Under the pieces are notes generated by a model. The model saw nothing but the letters and a program-made list of their open reading frames with translations. It was not told the origin of the DNA and did no database searches. Made by a program: the position numbers and the translations under genes. A DNA stretch of 61,314 nucleotides from an uncultured Verrucomicrobiota bacterium (GTDB taxonomy: Bacteria > Verrucomicrobiota > Verrucomicrobiia > Palsa-1439): the NCBI GenBank assembly GCA_964566575.1, contig CAZMKD010000237.1, positions 1-61,314 on the forward strand, written 5' to 3'. Below, piece by piece: positions 17,245-26,332 of the stretch. Numbering within the stretch: the first letter of the stretch is position 1; every line of letters begins with the position of its first letter.

Positions 17245-18585
17245 CTAGCCGCTAACAGTCGCGCCAAAGTAACCATCCCAGGCGAGGTCGATGACCTCTT
17301 TTGAGAGCCGAATGGTTTCGCGGTTGTACTTGCAGACTTCGATGGCCCGGTCGATGAGGTCGCGTGGTTCGCAGGCTTTCGGTTCTCGGTTTTCCTTGCC
17401 GTATCGTAGTTCGAGGTGCGCGAGCAGTCCCGGCTCGATCGCGAGGCCGCGTTTGCGCGCGTAAGTGGCGAAGATTTGCGCGTAGGTTTGGGGACCGGGC
17501 GGCATGACGTAGAGCCGGTAGCCCATGCGCCGCAGAAAGGCTTCATCGGCGAGGTCGGACACAGTGAGGTTAGTGGCAAAGACGATGACCTGCTCGAATG
17601 GCACTTGGACTTTCTTGCCGGTGCCGAGGGTGAGGTAATCGATGCGGCTCTCCAACGGGATGATCCACCGGTTGAGCAACTCCGCCGCGGAGCACCGCTG
17701 CCGGCCGAGGTCGTCGACGACCAACACGCCGCCGTTGGACTTGAGCTGGAACGGCGCTTCGTAAAATCGTTGCGAGGCATTGCCCGTCAGTTCCATACTA
17801 TCGATCGTGAGTTCGCCGCCCACGACGACCAACGGTGGTTTGATCTTGATCCAGCGCTTGTCGTAGTCACTGGCCGCGACTTTCACCGGCCGGTGCGTGT
17901 GGGGGTCGAACAGCCGGATGACTTGTCCGTCCACTTCGATGGCGTGCGGAATCCACAGGTCGCCTTGGATGCCATCGACTAGCGCCCGCGCCATCGCGGT
18001 CTTGCCGTTGCCGGATGGTCCACTGAGAAACAGGCTACGCCCCGAACTGGCCACGAGACCAAGAGTTTGTTTGGCCCCATCGGTGAGCACCAGCTCGTTC
18101 ATCGCGAACTCCAGAGCCGAGCGTGTGGTCGGCATGCGCCCGCGAATCTGTGCCGTGAGACGCTGCGTGTATTCATTAAGCGCGACGGGCGCCGGCCCGC
18201 AGTAGCTGCTGACCGCCATCACTCGGGCAACCTCCGTCCAGCCCCGCTCAAGCATTGCGTACCGGTGGTTGTGGGTGCCGACAACTCCTTTGATTTCGAT
18301 GAGCCGGTCGCGATTGAGCCGTTGCAGGAGTGTGTCGGTCACCATCAGGCCCAGATGCAAACGCGACGCGATTTCTGCGCTCGTGGCGGCCGGCTCGAGC
18401 GCCATCGCCTTCAGCGCGAGGTCGCCGAGCAGGATCGGAGAAAGGCCGAGCGCTTCCAATGTCTGCGAAAAGGCCGGCATGAAGGCGTCGCCGGTCTCGA
18501 CCAATAGTGTCGAGTCCGTCCCGAAGACATCGTCTTTGGGCATGTAAGTGATTGGTGCCGCAGTCGGTGTTTGGACGGCAATCAT
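17245..18585 (-). CDS. AAA+ family ATPase of unknown function with N-terminal HTH-like region
   Basis: GPSGNGKT Walker A, LVVDDLGRQ Walker B, FATN, LRR arginine finger. Confidence 0.8.
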   Translation of the reverse strand: MIAVQTPTAAPITYMPKDDVFGTDSTLLVETGDAFMPAFSQTLEALGLSPILLGDLALKAMALEPAATSAEIASRLHLGLMVTDTLLQRLNRDRLIEIKGVVGTHNHRYAMLERGWTEVARVMAVSSYCGPAPVALNEYTQRLTAQIRGRMPTTRSALEFAMNELVLTDGAKQTLGLVASSGRSLFLSGPSGNGKTAMARALVDGIQGDLWIPHAIEVDGQVIRLFDPHTHRPVKVAASDYDKRWIKIKPPLVVVGGELTIDSMELTGNASQRFYEAPFQLKSNGGVLVVDDLGRQRCSAAELLNRWIIPLESRIDYLTLGTGKKVQVPFEQVIVFATNLTVSDLADEAFLRRMGYRLYVMPPGPQTYAQIFATYARKRGLAIEPGLLAHLELRYGKENREPKACEPRDLIDRAIEVCKYNRETIRLSKEVIDLAWDGYFGATVSG

Positions 18586-18642
18586 ATGTACTTCCTAGTC
18601 TAAATTAGCGGCTTCCATGCCAAAACCGAGATTCTCTCGGAC

Positions 18643-18671
18643 TTGCAACACCCTGCCGGTTTCCCTAGACT
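18643..18671 (+). promoter_or_regulatory. leaderless promoter of LysM gene
   Basis: TTGCAA-N17-TAGACT-N6-ATG. Confidence 0.65.
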
Positions 18672-18677
18672 CGCCGC

Positions 18678-19199
18678 ATGAAACAACTGCTTCTCGCCTC
18701 GGGTGTTGCACTTTTTTGCGCGTTGGCACCGTCGGCCACCGCCCAGCAGCCTGATCCTCACCAACTCGGCATCCTCGACGAAAAGGTCAGCCGCCTCAAT
18801 GCGCAGATTGAGGACCTGCAATTCCGCCAGCAGCAGACGCAGAAAGACCTGGAGCGGATACAGACCGAGTTGCAGGAACTGCGCCGCGCCGCCGGCGGGG
18901 TCGCGTCGAGCGATCTGAAAGCGCTCGAAGATCGCATCGTCGCCGTCGATGCTGCCCGGCAAAAAGACAAACAAGCAATCATTGATCAACTCGCCAAAGA
19001 ACTGGCTTCGATCGGTTCATCCAAATCGAGCAAGACAGAGTTGCCGACGACCGGAACAAAGGAGCACATCGTTCAGAAAGGCGAAACGCTGACGACCATC
19101 GCAAAGGCCGCCGGAGTCACAGTCGCCGACCTGAAGAAAGCCAACAACCTGACCGGCGACGACATCAAAGTCGGTCAGAAGCTCGTCATTCCGCGGTAG
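18678..19199 (+). CDS. secreted coiled-coil LysM-domain protein
   Basis: Signal peptide, coiled coil, HIVQKGETLTTIAK..GVTVADLKKANNL..IKVGQKL. Confidence 0.9.
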   Translation: MKQLLLASGVALFCALAPSATAQQPDPHQLGILDEKVSRLNAQIEDLQFRQQQTQKDLERIQTELQELRRAAGGVASSDLKALEDRIVAVDAARQKDKQAIIDQLAKELASIGSSKSSKTELPTTGTKEHIVQKGETLTTIAKAAGVTVADLKKANNLTGDDIKVGQKLVIPR

Positions 19200-22100
19200 C
19201 AGCCCATCGCTCGCGGCGTGTGCCATTCTTCGCCGCCATTTTCTCCGTGTCCACCTTTAGCCACACGGAGTCTTCACCGAGGATGGCTTCCAACTCTTGC
19301 ACGAGTTTCTCGGTCGGGGCGACGGCGAAATAGTCGTTGGCTTCGAGGAACACGAGTTTGCCGTCGGGGTAGATGAAGCAGAACATTACCGGCACACTGC
19401 CCTTGGCGCTGCGCAGCACGTCGTGCACGCGCCCGAGCACCTCCTCGCTCGTGCTCGCGGCCGAGAGACGGATGTGCATCGCCTTCGTGAAATTCTTCGG
19501 CACGTCTGTCAGCGGGATGATCCGGTCAGCGTAAATCTTGGGTTTGTCCTCGCGCAAGTTCACAGAGCCGCACACGAAAATCGCGGCGTCCGCTTTCAAG
19601 TGCATCACGCACTTCGCGTAGGCTTCCGGAAAGACCAACACTTCGACTGAACCGTCGAGGTCCTCGACCGTAAGGATGGCCATCGGTTTGCCCTGCTTGG
19701 TCGTCTTCGGCTGCAGCTTGCTGATGATGCCGCCGATTCGCGTCATTTGCCCGTCCTGCAACGACGCGAGCTGCGTGCTCGACGCCAGCTCATACCGGCG
19801 TAGAATCTCGGCGTACTCACTCAGCGGATGGCCGGTGACGTAGAAGCCGAGCAACTCTTTCTCAAATGCCAGCATCTCGCTCTGTGACCACTCCACCTCC
19901 GGCATCTTGCCAGTCGCTTGCTTGCGGGCGTTGACCGGCGCGACATCGAACAATGCAGCTTGCCCGCGTTCCCGGTCGCGCTGCACGGCCGCCGCGCGAT
20001 TCAACTGGTAGTCAATCTCAGCAAAGACTTGCGCTCGTGCCGGGTCGAGCGAATCGAACGCGCCGCACTTGACGAGACATTCAAACACCTTGCGGTTGAC
20101 GACGCGCCCGTCGACCCGGTCGCAGAAATCGGCGAATGATTGGAATTTACCGGCCGCCTCGCGGACGGCGATAATGTTTTGGACGGCGATCTCGCCGACG
20201 TTTTTGATCGCGGCGAGGCCGAAGCGGATCCGGCCCTTGTCGACCGTGAAGCGCACGCCGCTCTCGTTGATGTCGGGCGCGAGCACTTCGATGCCCATGC
20301 GTTTGCACTCGTTGATAAAGAACTGGATTTTCTCGGTATTCGCCAGCTCGTTGGACAACGACGCGGCCATGAACTCAACTGGGTAGTTTGCCTTGAGCCA
20401 TGCGGTCTGGTAGGAGACGACGCCGTAGGCGGCGCTGTGCGATTTGTTAAAACCGTACCCGGCGAACTTCGCGAGGGTACCGAAAATCTTTTCCGCTTTG
20501 GCGCGGGGGATCTTGTTCTTGTCGTGGCACCCTTTGATGAAGATCTCGCGTTGCTTCTCCATTTCCTCGGGCTTCTTCTTGCCCATCGCACGGCGCAACA
20601 CATCGGCGCCGCCGAGTGTGTAACCAGCCAGCACGCTGGTGCTCTGCATCACCTGCTCCTGATAGACGAACACACCGAACGTCTCTTTCAGAATCGGTTC
20701 AAGCAGCGGATGGTCGTACTCGACTTTGATCTTCCCGTGTTTGCGGTTGACGTAGTCGTCGAGCATGTTCATCGGCCCGGGGCGAAACAACGCGATCAGC
20801 GCGATGATCACGTCCACCGAATCCACCCCGATGCGCCGGCACAGGTCGCGCATACCACTCGACTCAAGCTGGAACACGCCGGCCGTATTCGCCTTCGCCA
20901 GCATGTCGAACGTCTTCGCATCGGTCATCGGGATCTTATCCATGTCGAGGCGCTGGCCGGTGGTCTGCTCGACGAGGTCGAGCGCGTCCTTGATGACCGT
21001 GAGCGTTTTCAGTCCCAGGAAGTCCATCTTCAACAACCCGAGGTCGCCGAGCGGATTCATCGAGTACTGCGTGACGATTTCGTTCGAATTTGTGCCGGTG
21101 GTGAGCGGCACGATATTGGTGAGCGGCTCCGCGCCGATGACCACGCCGTCGGCATGGGTCGAGGCGTTGCGGGCGAGGCCTTCGAGCGTCTTGCCGTTGT
21201 CGATGATGCGGCGGACGATGTCCTCGTTCTTGTACGCCGCCTTCAACTCCGGGTTCATCTCCAGGGCCTTGTCCAACGTCATCCCGAGGTCCGGCGGGAT
21301 CATCTTGGCGATCCGGTCACACTCGCCGTAACTGAGACCGAGCACGCGGCCGACGTCGCGCACGACCATCTTCGCGCCAAGTGTGCCGAACGTGATAATT
21401 TGTGCCACGTGATCGTCGCCGTATTTCTTGCGGACGTAGTCGATGACTTCGGGCCGCCGGTTGTAGCAGAAATCCATGTCGATGTCCGGCGGTGAAATGC
21501 GCTCGGGATTCAGGAAGCGCTCGAACAGCAAATTGTACCGGAGCGGATCGATGTCGGTGATGCGCAGCAAGTACGCCACGACGCTGCCGGCCGCGCTGCC
21601 GCGGCCCGGGCCGACCGGGATGCCGTGGTTCTTGGCGAAGTCCACGAAGTCCCAAACGATGAGGAAGTAGCTGGCGAACCCGGTCTTCTCGATGACCTTC
21701 AGCTCGAACTCAACGCGCTCCACGATTGATTTTTCGCGAGCGTCTTTCGGTTGTTTCCATACGATGCCATACCGCCGGCGCAGTCCGTCTTCGACCAATT
21801 GATGGAGGTACTTCTCCCGGCTCAAGCCGTCGGGCGGATGATAGACCGGGAAGCGCAGCTTGCCGAATTCGAGCCGGAGATTACACTTCTCGGCAACGGC
21901 GAGCGTATTCGTCACCGCCTCCGGCACCTCCGCGAACAACTCGTGCATCTCCTCCGGCGTCCGCAGGTAGAACTGTTCAGCCACGTACCGCATCCGTTTC
22001 TCGTCGGCCACGAGCGACTGCGTTTGCAGGCAGATGAGGCAATCGTGCGCCTCCCAGTGTTCCCGCTCGACATAGTGCACGTCGTTGGTCGCCACCAGCG

Positions 22101-22707
22101 GCAGGTTAAATTCCTTCGCCCAATCCATGAGCACCCGATTGACCTTCTGCTGTTCTGGTATGCCGTGGTTCTGCAGCTCGACGTAAAAGTCGCCGGGCTC
22201 GAAGATGTGACGGTATTCGTCAAGCGCGGCTTTCGCTTCGTTGAGTCGATCGTCCTTGATTCGGTTCGGCACTTCCCCCTTCAGACACGATGTAAAGCCA
22301 ATCAGCCCTTTCGAGTGTTGCGCGAGAATTTCCTTGTCAATGCGCGGTTTGTAGTAAAACCCCTCGAGATGCGCCGAACTGATGAGCTTGACCAGATTCT
22401 TGTACCCGGTCTCGTCCTTCGCCAACAAGATCAGATGAAACGCCGCATCGCGCGCGCTGCTGGATTTCTTTTCGAGCCGCGACCCCGGCGCGATGTACGA
22501 TTCGCAACCGATGATCGGCTTCAACCCCGCCTCCGACGCCGTCTTGTAGAACTCAACCGCTCCGAACATGTTGCCGTGATCGGTCATCGCGATGGCCGGC
22601 ATCTTCGAGGCGTGCGCCTTGTCCACCGCGTCCGAAATCCGGCACGCGCCATCGAGCAGGCTGTACTCGGTATGCAAATGTAGGTGAACGAAGTCAGAAT
22701 GTTTCAT
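19186..22707 (-). CDS. dnaE: DNA polymerase III alpha subunit
   Basis: HLHLHTEYSLLDG PHP domain, GRGSAAGS, PDIDMDF, KMDFLGL, YGFNKSH; start moved from 23001 to 22707. Confidence 0.97.
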   Translation of the reverse strand: MKHSDFVHLHLHTEYSLLDGACRISDAVDKAHASKMPAIAMTDHGNMFGAVEFYKTASEAGLKPIIGCESYIAPGSRLEKKSSSARDAAFHLILLAKDETGYKNLVKLISSAHLEGFYYKPRIDKEILAQHSKGLIGFTSCLKGEVPNRIKDDRLNEAKAALDEYRHIFEPGDFYVELQNHGIPEQQKVNRVLMDWAKEFNLPLVATNDVHYVEREHWEAHDCLICLQTQSLVADEKRMRYVAEQFYLRTPEEMHELFAEVPEAVTNTLAVAEKCNLRLEFGKLRFPVYHPPDGLSREKYLHQLVEDGLRRRYGIVWKQPKDAREKSIVERVEFELKVIEKTGFASYFLIVWDFVDFAKNHGIPVGPGRGSAAGSVVAYLLRITDIDPLRYNLLFERFLNPERISPPDIDMDFCYNRRPEVIDYVRKKYGDDHVAQIITFGTLGAKMVVRDVGRVLGLSYGECDRIAKMIPPDLGMTLDKALEMNPELKAAYKNEDIVRRIIDNGKTLEGLARNASTHADGVVIGAEPLTNIVPLTTGTNSNEIVTQYSMNPLGDLGLLKMDFLGLKTLTVIKDALDLVEQTTGQRLDMDKIPMTDAKTFDMLAKANTAGVFQLESSGMRDLCRRIGVDSVDVIIALIALFRPGPMNMLDDYVNRKHGKIKVEYDHPLLEPILKETFGVFVYQEQVMQSTSVLAGYTLGGADVLRRAMGKKKPEEMEKQREIFIKGCHDKNKIPRAKAEKIFGTLAKFAGYGFNKSHSAAYGVVSYQTAWLKANYPVEFMAASLSNELANTEKIQFFINECKRMGIEVLAPDINESGVRFTVDKGRIRFGLAAIKNVGEIAVQNIIAVREAAGKFQSFADFCDRVDGRVVNRKVFECLVKCGAFDSLDPARAQVFAEIDYQLNRAAAVQRDRERGQAALFDVAPVNARKQATGKMPEVEWSQSEMLAFEKELLGFYVTGHPLSEYAEILRRYELASSTQLASLQDGQMTRIGGIISKLQPKTTKQGKPMAILTVEDLDGSVEVLVFPEAYAKCVMHLKADAAIFVCGSVNLREDKPKIYADRIIPLTDVPKNFTKAMHIRLSAASTSEEVLGRVHDVLRSAKGSVPVMFCFIYPDGKLVFLEANDYFAVAPTEKLVQELEAILGEDSVWLKVDTEKMAAKNGTRRERWAATAE

Positions 22708-22876
22708 GCGCGCGCCGACGCCACTGTAGATGTGCGCCGAAACGCAATCAAGCCTTACCGGAAAAGTCCACCGGTAAGCCTGCAAAAAAACTGCCCGGCT
22801 ACATTGGTGCTGACGTTCGCCGTGCCGTGAGCCGAGTCCGACGAGACGGCGCGATGTAGTATTCGCGGCAAATGTT

Positions 22877-22948
22877 GGTAGAGCGCGACCGCCGGGCGCA
22901 CCGTTTGGTCTGGAAACGGACGGATGGCCCGGCGGGTCCGTCCCTACC
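22877..22948. repeat. GTAG-type REP doublet
   Basis: GGTAG...CTACC ends, internal GGACGGA/TCCGTCC hairpin. Confidence 0.55.
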
Positions 22949-23114
22949 GGGAAGGAGCAGACGCCGCACGCGACCGTTCCGCATGAAACGCTGGCTGGCA
23001 ATCAGGTTGACGCGCTTTGCCCTTCGTCCTAATCTGTCGCCGTGGAGAACGTTAAATGCACATTTGTCTTTTGCCGCTGACTTTGTCCCATTACTAATGT
23101 TCGAGGAAAATACC

Positions 23115-23609
23115 ATGACGGGTTCCATGCCTGGGATAGTAAGCCGGAGAACAGCATTGGTGCTGAACGCGGTTATCGTCGTTGCTTACGTTACCATTGG
23201 CGTGCTCGCCCCAACGCCTTGGATAATGTTTGGCGGTTTCCTTCTGCTGGCCGTTGCGATTCGGTGCGCGACACTTTGGTGGATTTCGAGCTCTGTGCAA
23301 GATACTGAGGGGGGCTCGCCACACTTTGCCCTCCGCATAGTGTTTTTGAATCTTTTTCTCGGTCTGCTTTTCGTCACTGCTGTTATTGGTCTTCTCTGGT
23401 GGCTCGGCCACTATTGGCTTTCTGGCATCAAGGTCATCGTCCCCTTGGTCGCTGTGTTCGTTGCATACAAGTCAACGTTTCCGGTGATTTCATGGAGTTC
23501 GCGATCGAAGGACGACAGAATCCTCGAACCAGACGGTGCAGCGAACGGGAGCCAGCCGATTCGCTCAGAGACGAATACAACGTCATCGGCGGCTGGCTCC
23601 CGTCGCTGA
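23115..23609 (+). CDS. membrane protein, integron cassette C
   Basis: GAGG RBS; four hydrophobic segments; reading frame continues through the attC. Confidence 0.7.
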   Translation: MTGSMPGIVSRRTALVLNAVIVVAYVTIGVLAPTPWIMFGGFLLLAVAIRCATLWWISSSVQDTEGGSPHFALRIVFLNLFLGLLFVTAVIGLLWWLGHYWLSGIKVIVPLVAVFVAYKSTFPVISWSSRSKDDRILEPDGAANGSQPIRSETNTTSSAAGSRR

Positions 23610-23623
23610 CCTTTACGTTGGGC
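23523..23623 (+). mobile_element. attC site (cassette C)
   Basis: R'' CTCGAAC (complement GTTCGAG at 23099), L'' TGCAGCGAAC, L' GTCGCTGA, R' GTTGGGC. Confidence 0.88.
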
Positions 23624-23637
23624 GTTCTATCTACGCG

Positions 23638-24195
23638 ATGATAAGATACATTCAACGTAACAAGGAGTGGATTTTTTCGGGAATAGGAGTCGCCATATTG
23701 TTGCTTCTCCTCTCGTTGTTTAGGTTTCTTCTCACATCCACACGTCCCGAATCACGAACGCCTGCGGCACTCGGCTCAAAGGCGTTAGCGCATTCTTCAA
23801 CATCCTCTCCGTCGCAGTCGCAATTCTCGCCAATAACGCTCGATGAGGTGCTTCAAGCGTCATCCGATTCGTCACGCACTGAGCTTCAGAAGGAAGAATT
23901 TCGGCGGAGATATGAAGGTAAGATAGTTGAGTGGGATGCTTAGGTGGACAGCGTGTCGAGCCAGGGGTCGCGGGCCGATGAAGAAATTGTTTTGGTATGG
24001 CATTCCCCACATACGAAGCCTTCCCCGTCGAGCGATATTTTTTTCGCTGCAACCTTTCCGGCCAGTTACAAAGAGAGCCTGCTCGACCTTCATCCCGGCG
24101 ACACGATTACGGTTCGTGGCACACTTCAATTTGTGAACAATTCATCGCATAACCCGAGGCTGGTTAAGTGCGAGCTGATACAACTTCGAACGTAA
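23638..24195 (+). pseudogene. membrane-anchored OB-fold-like protein interrupted by in-frame TAG (23941-23943), cassette D
   Basis: RYEGKIVEWDA*VDSVS...LHPGDTITVRG reads in one frame. Confidence 0.65.
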
Positions 24196-24200
24196 TGAAC

Positions 24201-24264
24201 CCGCAACGGCAATGCGCTTCAGCGAACAGGACTTACGCCCTGTCGCTGAGCTTTTACGGAATGC
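24201..24264 (+). mobile_element. degenerate attC site (cassette D)
   Basis: TTCAGCGAACAGG/CCTGTCGCTGA arms intact; R'' spacing longer by 3 nt and R' eroded. Confidence 0.6.
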
Positions 24265-24422
24265 GGCCGAGAACGACACCGCGCTTTGAAAAAGTTTAAA
24301 AAACAACGATCCAACCCCCGTGAATTCTGTTTCCGGTTCTTAGCAACAATTTCCCAGTCAACTCCGAAAACGTTCGGGGTTGAATCCGGCACGCCTCGTG
24401 CCGTATAAGTTCCAACTGGAAC

Positions 24423-25754
24423 ATGAAACCGACTGACCTACGCGGTATCCTGCATTACATTCCGCAGTTTCGCGACAAGGTGTTTATCATCGCGATCGAT
24501 GGCGCGGTCGTGGCCGATGACAACTTCGGCAACCTACTGCTCGACATCGCCGTGCTGCGCAGCCTGAACATCCAGATCGTAGTCGTCCACGGCGCCGGCC
24601 AGCAGATCCGGCAACTCTCGCAGCAGCTCAACATCGCCGCCACCAACTGGGACGGCACCGGCATCACCGACGCCGCGACGTTGCGCCTCGGCATCATGGG
24701 CGCTACGCAAGTCACGCACGAGATTCTCGAGGGACTTTCGTTGAACAACCTCCGCGGCGGCCAGACCAATTGCATCGAGGCTGTGCCCCTCGGCATCATC
24801 AAGGGCATCGATCATCAGCAGACCGGCAAAGTCCATCAAGTGGACGTGGAAATGCTGCGCACGTTGCTCGACAAGGGTATCATTCCGGTCATTCCGCCGC
24901 TCGGATTCGACGGGGCCGGGCGAACGTACCGCCTGAATTCGGATTCCGTCGCGGTCGAAGTGGCGCGTGCGCTCGGCGCCGTGAAATTGATGCTGATCAC
25001 CACACGCAATGGACTGGAAATCGACGGCAAGCTCATATCGCAAATGTCGGTCGTGGAATTGGAGACCGCGTTGAAGACCTCCACCGACAAGTTTGCGCCC
25101 GAAATTATTTCGAAAGCGCAGCACGCGCTCCGGGCCGGCCAGGGCGGCGTGCCGCGCGTGCACGTCATCAACGGGCAGGTGGACGAAGGGTTGCTCGCCG
25201 AAGTGTTCTCAAACGAGGGAATCGGCACGTTGATTTACGCGAACGAATACCAAGGCATCCGGCCCGCACAGCGCAAGGATATCCGGCATATCTTTTCCTT
25301 AATCAAACCGGCGATCGAAGGCGAGCAACTCACGAAACGCTCGCGCGCCAGCATCGAGAAGCACCTCAGCGAGTATTTCGTCTTCGAGATCGACAACAAC
25401 ATCGTTGGCGTCGTCGCCATCATCCCCTTCCCAGCCGAAAAGAAAGCCGAGCTGGCCTGTTTGCAAATCAACCCCGCGCACGAGCACCGCGGCATCGGCA
25501 CAAAACTCGCGGCCCGCGCCGAGCAAGTCGCGCGCGAACTGGGGATGGAAACGATTTTCTGCCTCTCGACGCAGGCGTTCACCTTCTTCCAACATAAGCT
25601 CGGCTATGCGGAAGGCCGAGCGGATGACTTGCCGGTGACGCGGCGCGAGAAGTACGAGCAGAGTGGGCGAAACTCGAAGATTCTGCTGAAATCGCTGGTG
25701 GCTGGTCCCGCGGCGCCAACCGCTCCTCTCGCGGCGGTTACGAGCGTAAGTTGA
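24423..25754 (+). CDS. argA: amino-acid N-acetyltransferase (N-acetylglutamate synthase)
   Basis: Amino-acid kinase domain (VVHGAG, YRLNSD, ELFSNEGIGT-like) plus GNAT (ELACL.I.P.H..RGIG). Confidence 0.9.
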   Translation: MKPTDLRGILHYIPQFRDKVFIIAIDGAVVADDNFGNLLLDIAVLRSLNIQIVVVHGAGQQIRQLSQQLNIAATNWDGTGITDAATLRLGIMGATQVTHEILEGLSLNNLRGGQTNCIEAVPLGIIKGIDHQQTGKVHQVDVEMLRTLLDKGIIPVIPPLGFDGAGRTYRLNSDSVAVEVARALGAVKLMLITTRNGLEIDGKLISQMSVVELETALKTSTDKFAPEIISKAQHALRAGQGGVPRVHVINGQVDEGLLAEVFSNEGIGTLIYANEYQGIRPAQRKDIRHIFSLIKPAIEGEQLTKRSRASIEKHLSEYFVFEIDNNIVGVVAIIPFPAEKKAELACLQINPAHEHRGIGTKLAARAEQVARELGMETIFCLSTQAFTFFQHKLGYAEGRADDLPVTRREKYEQSGRNSKILLKSLVAGPAAPTAPLAAVTSVS

Positions 25755-26274
25755 CGCGCGAGCGACCGCCGGCCGTCGCGTTCGCCGAACCGCTCGCGGC
25801 CTGCGTTCCGATCTGGGCGACGAGTTGATTCAACTCCGCGGTCACCTGCTGTTGCGAGGTCTCCAATCGAGCCATCATCACGAGATCGCGATTGACGTCA
25901 TTGATGCGGGCGGCGAGCCGGTTATTGATCTCAGTGCGCTGCGTTTGTAGTTCCTTCAACTTGTCGGTGATGATCACCAACCGGCTGCGCAGATCCTCAC
26001 CGGCTGGCACGGGCTTCTTCTCCTCGACCGCGCCAGTCTTGGACGATGCTTGACTCGGCGGCGGTGGCGCCAGCGCCGATGTCGGTTTCGGCGGGACGAT
26101 GACGTCAATTCGGCACTGCGGACATTGGACGATCATGCCTTCCGCGACAACGTCCACCACGAGACTTTTCCGGCAGGCGGGGCATTCAAAAATGATGTCG
26201 CGGGGCGAGATCGCCAGTTCGCGTGTCAGAGAGTCGGTTGGTTCGAGCTTAGTCATCGTGGTTGTTATCGACAT
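25738..26274 (-). CDS. zinc-ribbon plus coiled-coil protein
   Basis: CPAC...CPQC followed by Pro-rich linker and coiled coil. Confidence 0.75.
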   Translation of the reverse strand: MSITTTMTKLEPTDSLTRELAISPRDIIFECPACRKSLVVDVVAEGMIVQCPQCRIDVIVPPKPTSALAPPPPSQASSKTGAVEEKKPVPAGEDLRSRLVIITDKLKELQTQRTEINNRLAARINDVNRDLVMMARLETSQQQVTAELNQLVAQIGTQAASGSANATAGGRSRVNLRS

Positions 26275-26332
26275 GATGCCGCCCGAAAGAGCACTTTGCA
26301 AGCCGGAAGCTCCCTGTTAGAGTCGTCGCGCT

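Noticed and set aside
17121-17780. 219-aa minus-strand ORF
   Set aside because: Out-of-frame overlap with the ATPase; only the last 27 codons (leader peptide) are supported
21140-21160. DnaE motif THADG instead of the usual THAAG
   Set aside because: Single substitution that could be a variant or read error; catalytic motifs are intact
22754-22778. CTTACCGG/CCGGTAAG hairpin as a terminator
   Set aside because: No U tract on the 3' side in either direction; role unclear
22708-23001. 98-aa N-terminal extension of DnaE in the ORF track
   Set aside because: Reads through promoter and REP sequence; homology starts at MKHSDFVHLH
23941-23943. Amber codon as pyrrolysine recoding
   Set aside because: No pyl genes in the window, and the neighbouring attC is also decayed, favouring a nonsense mutation
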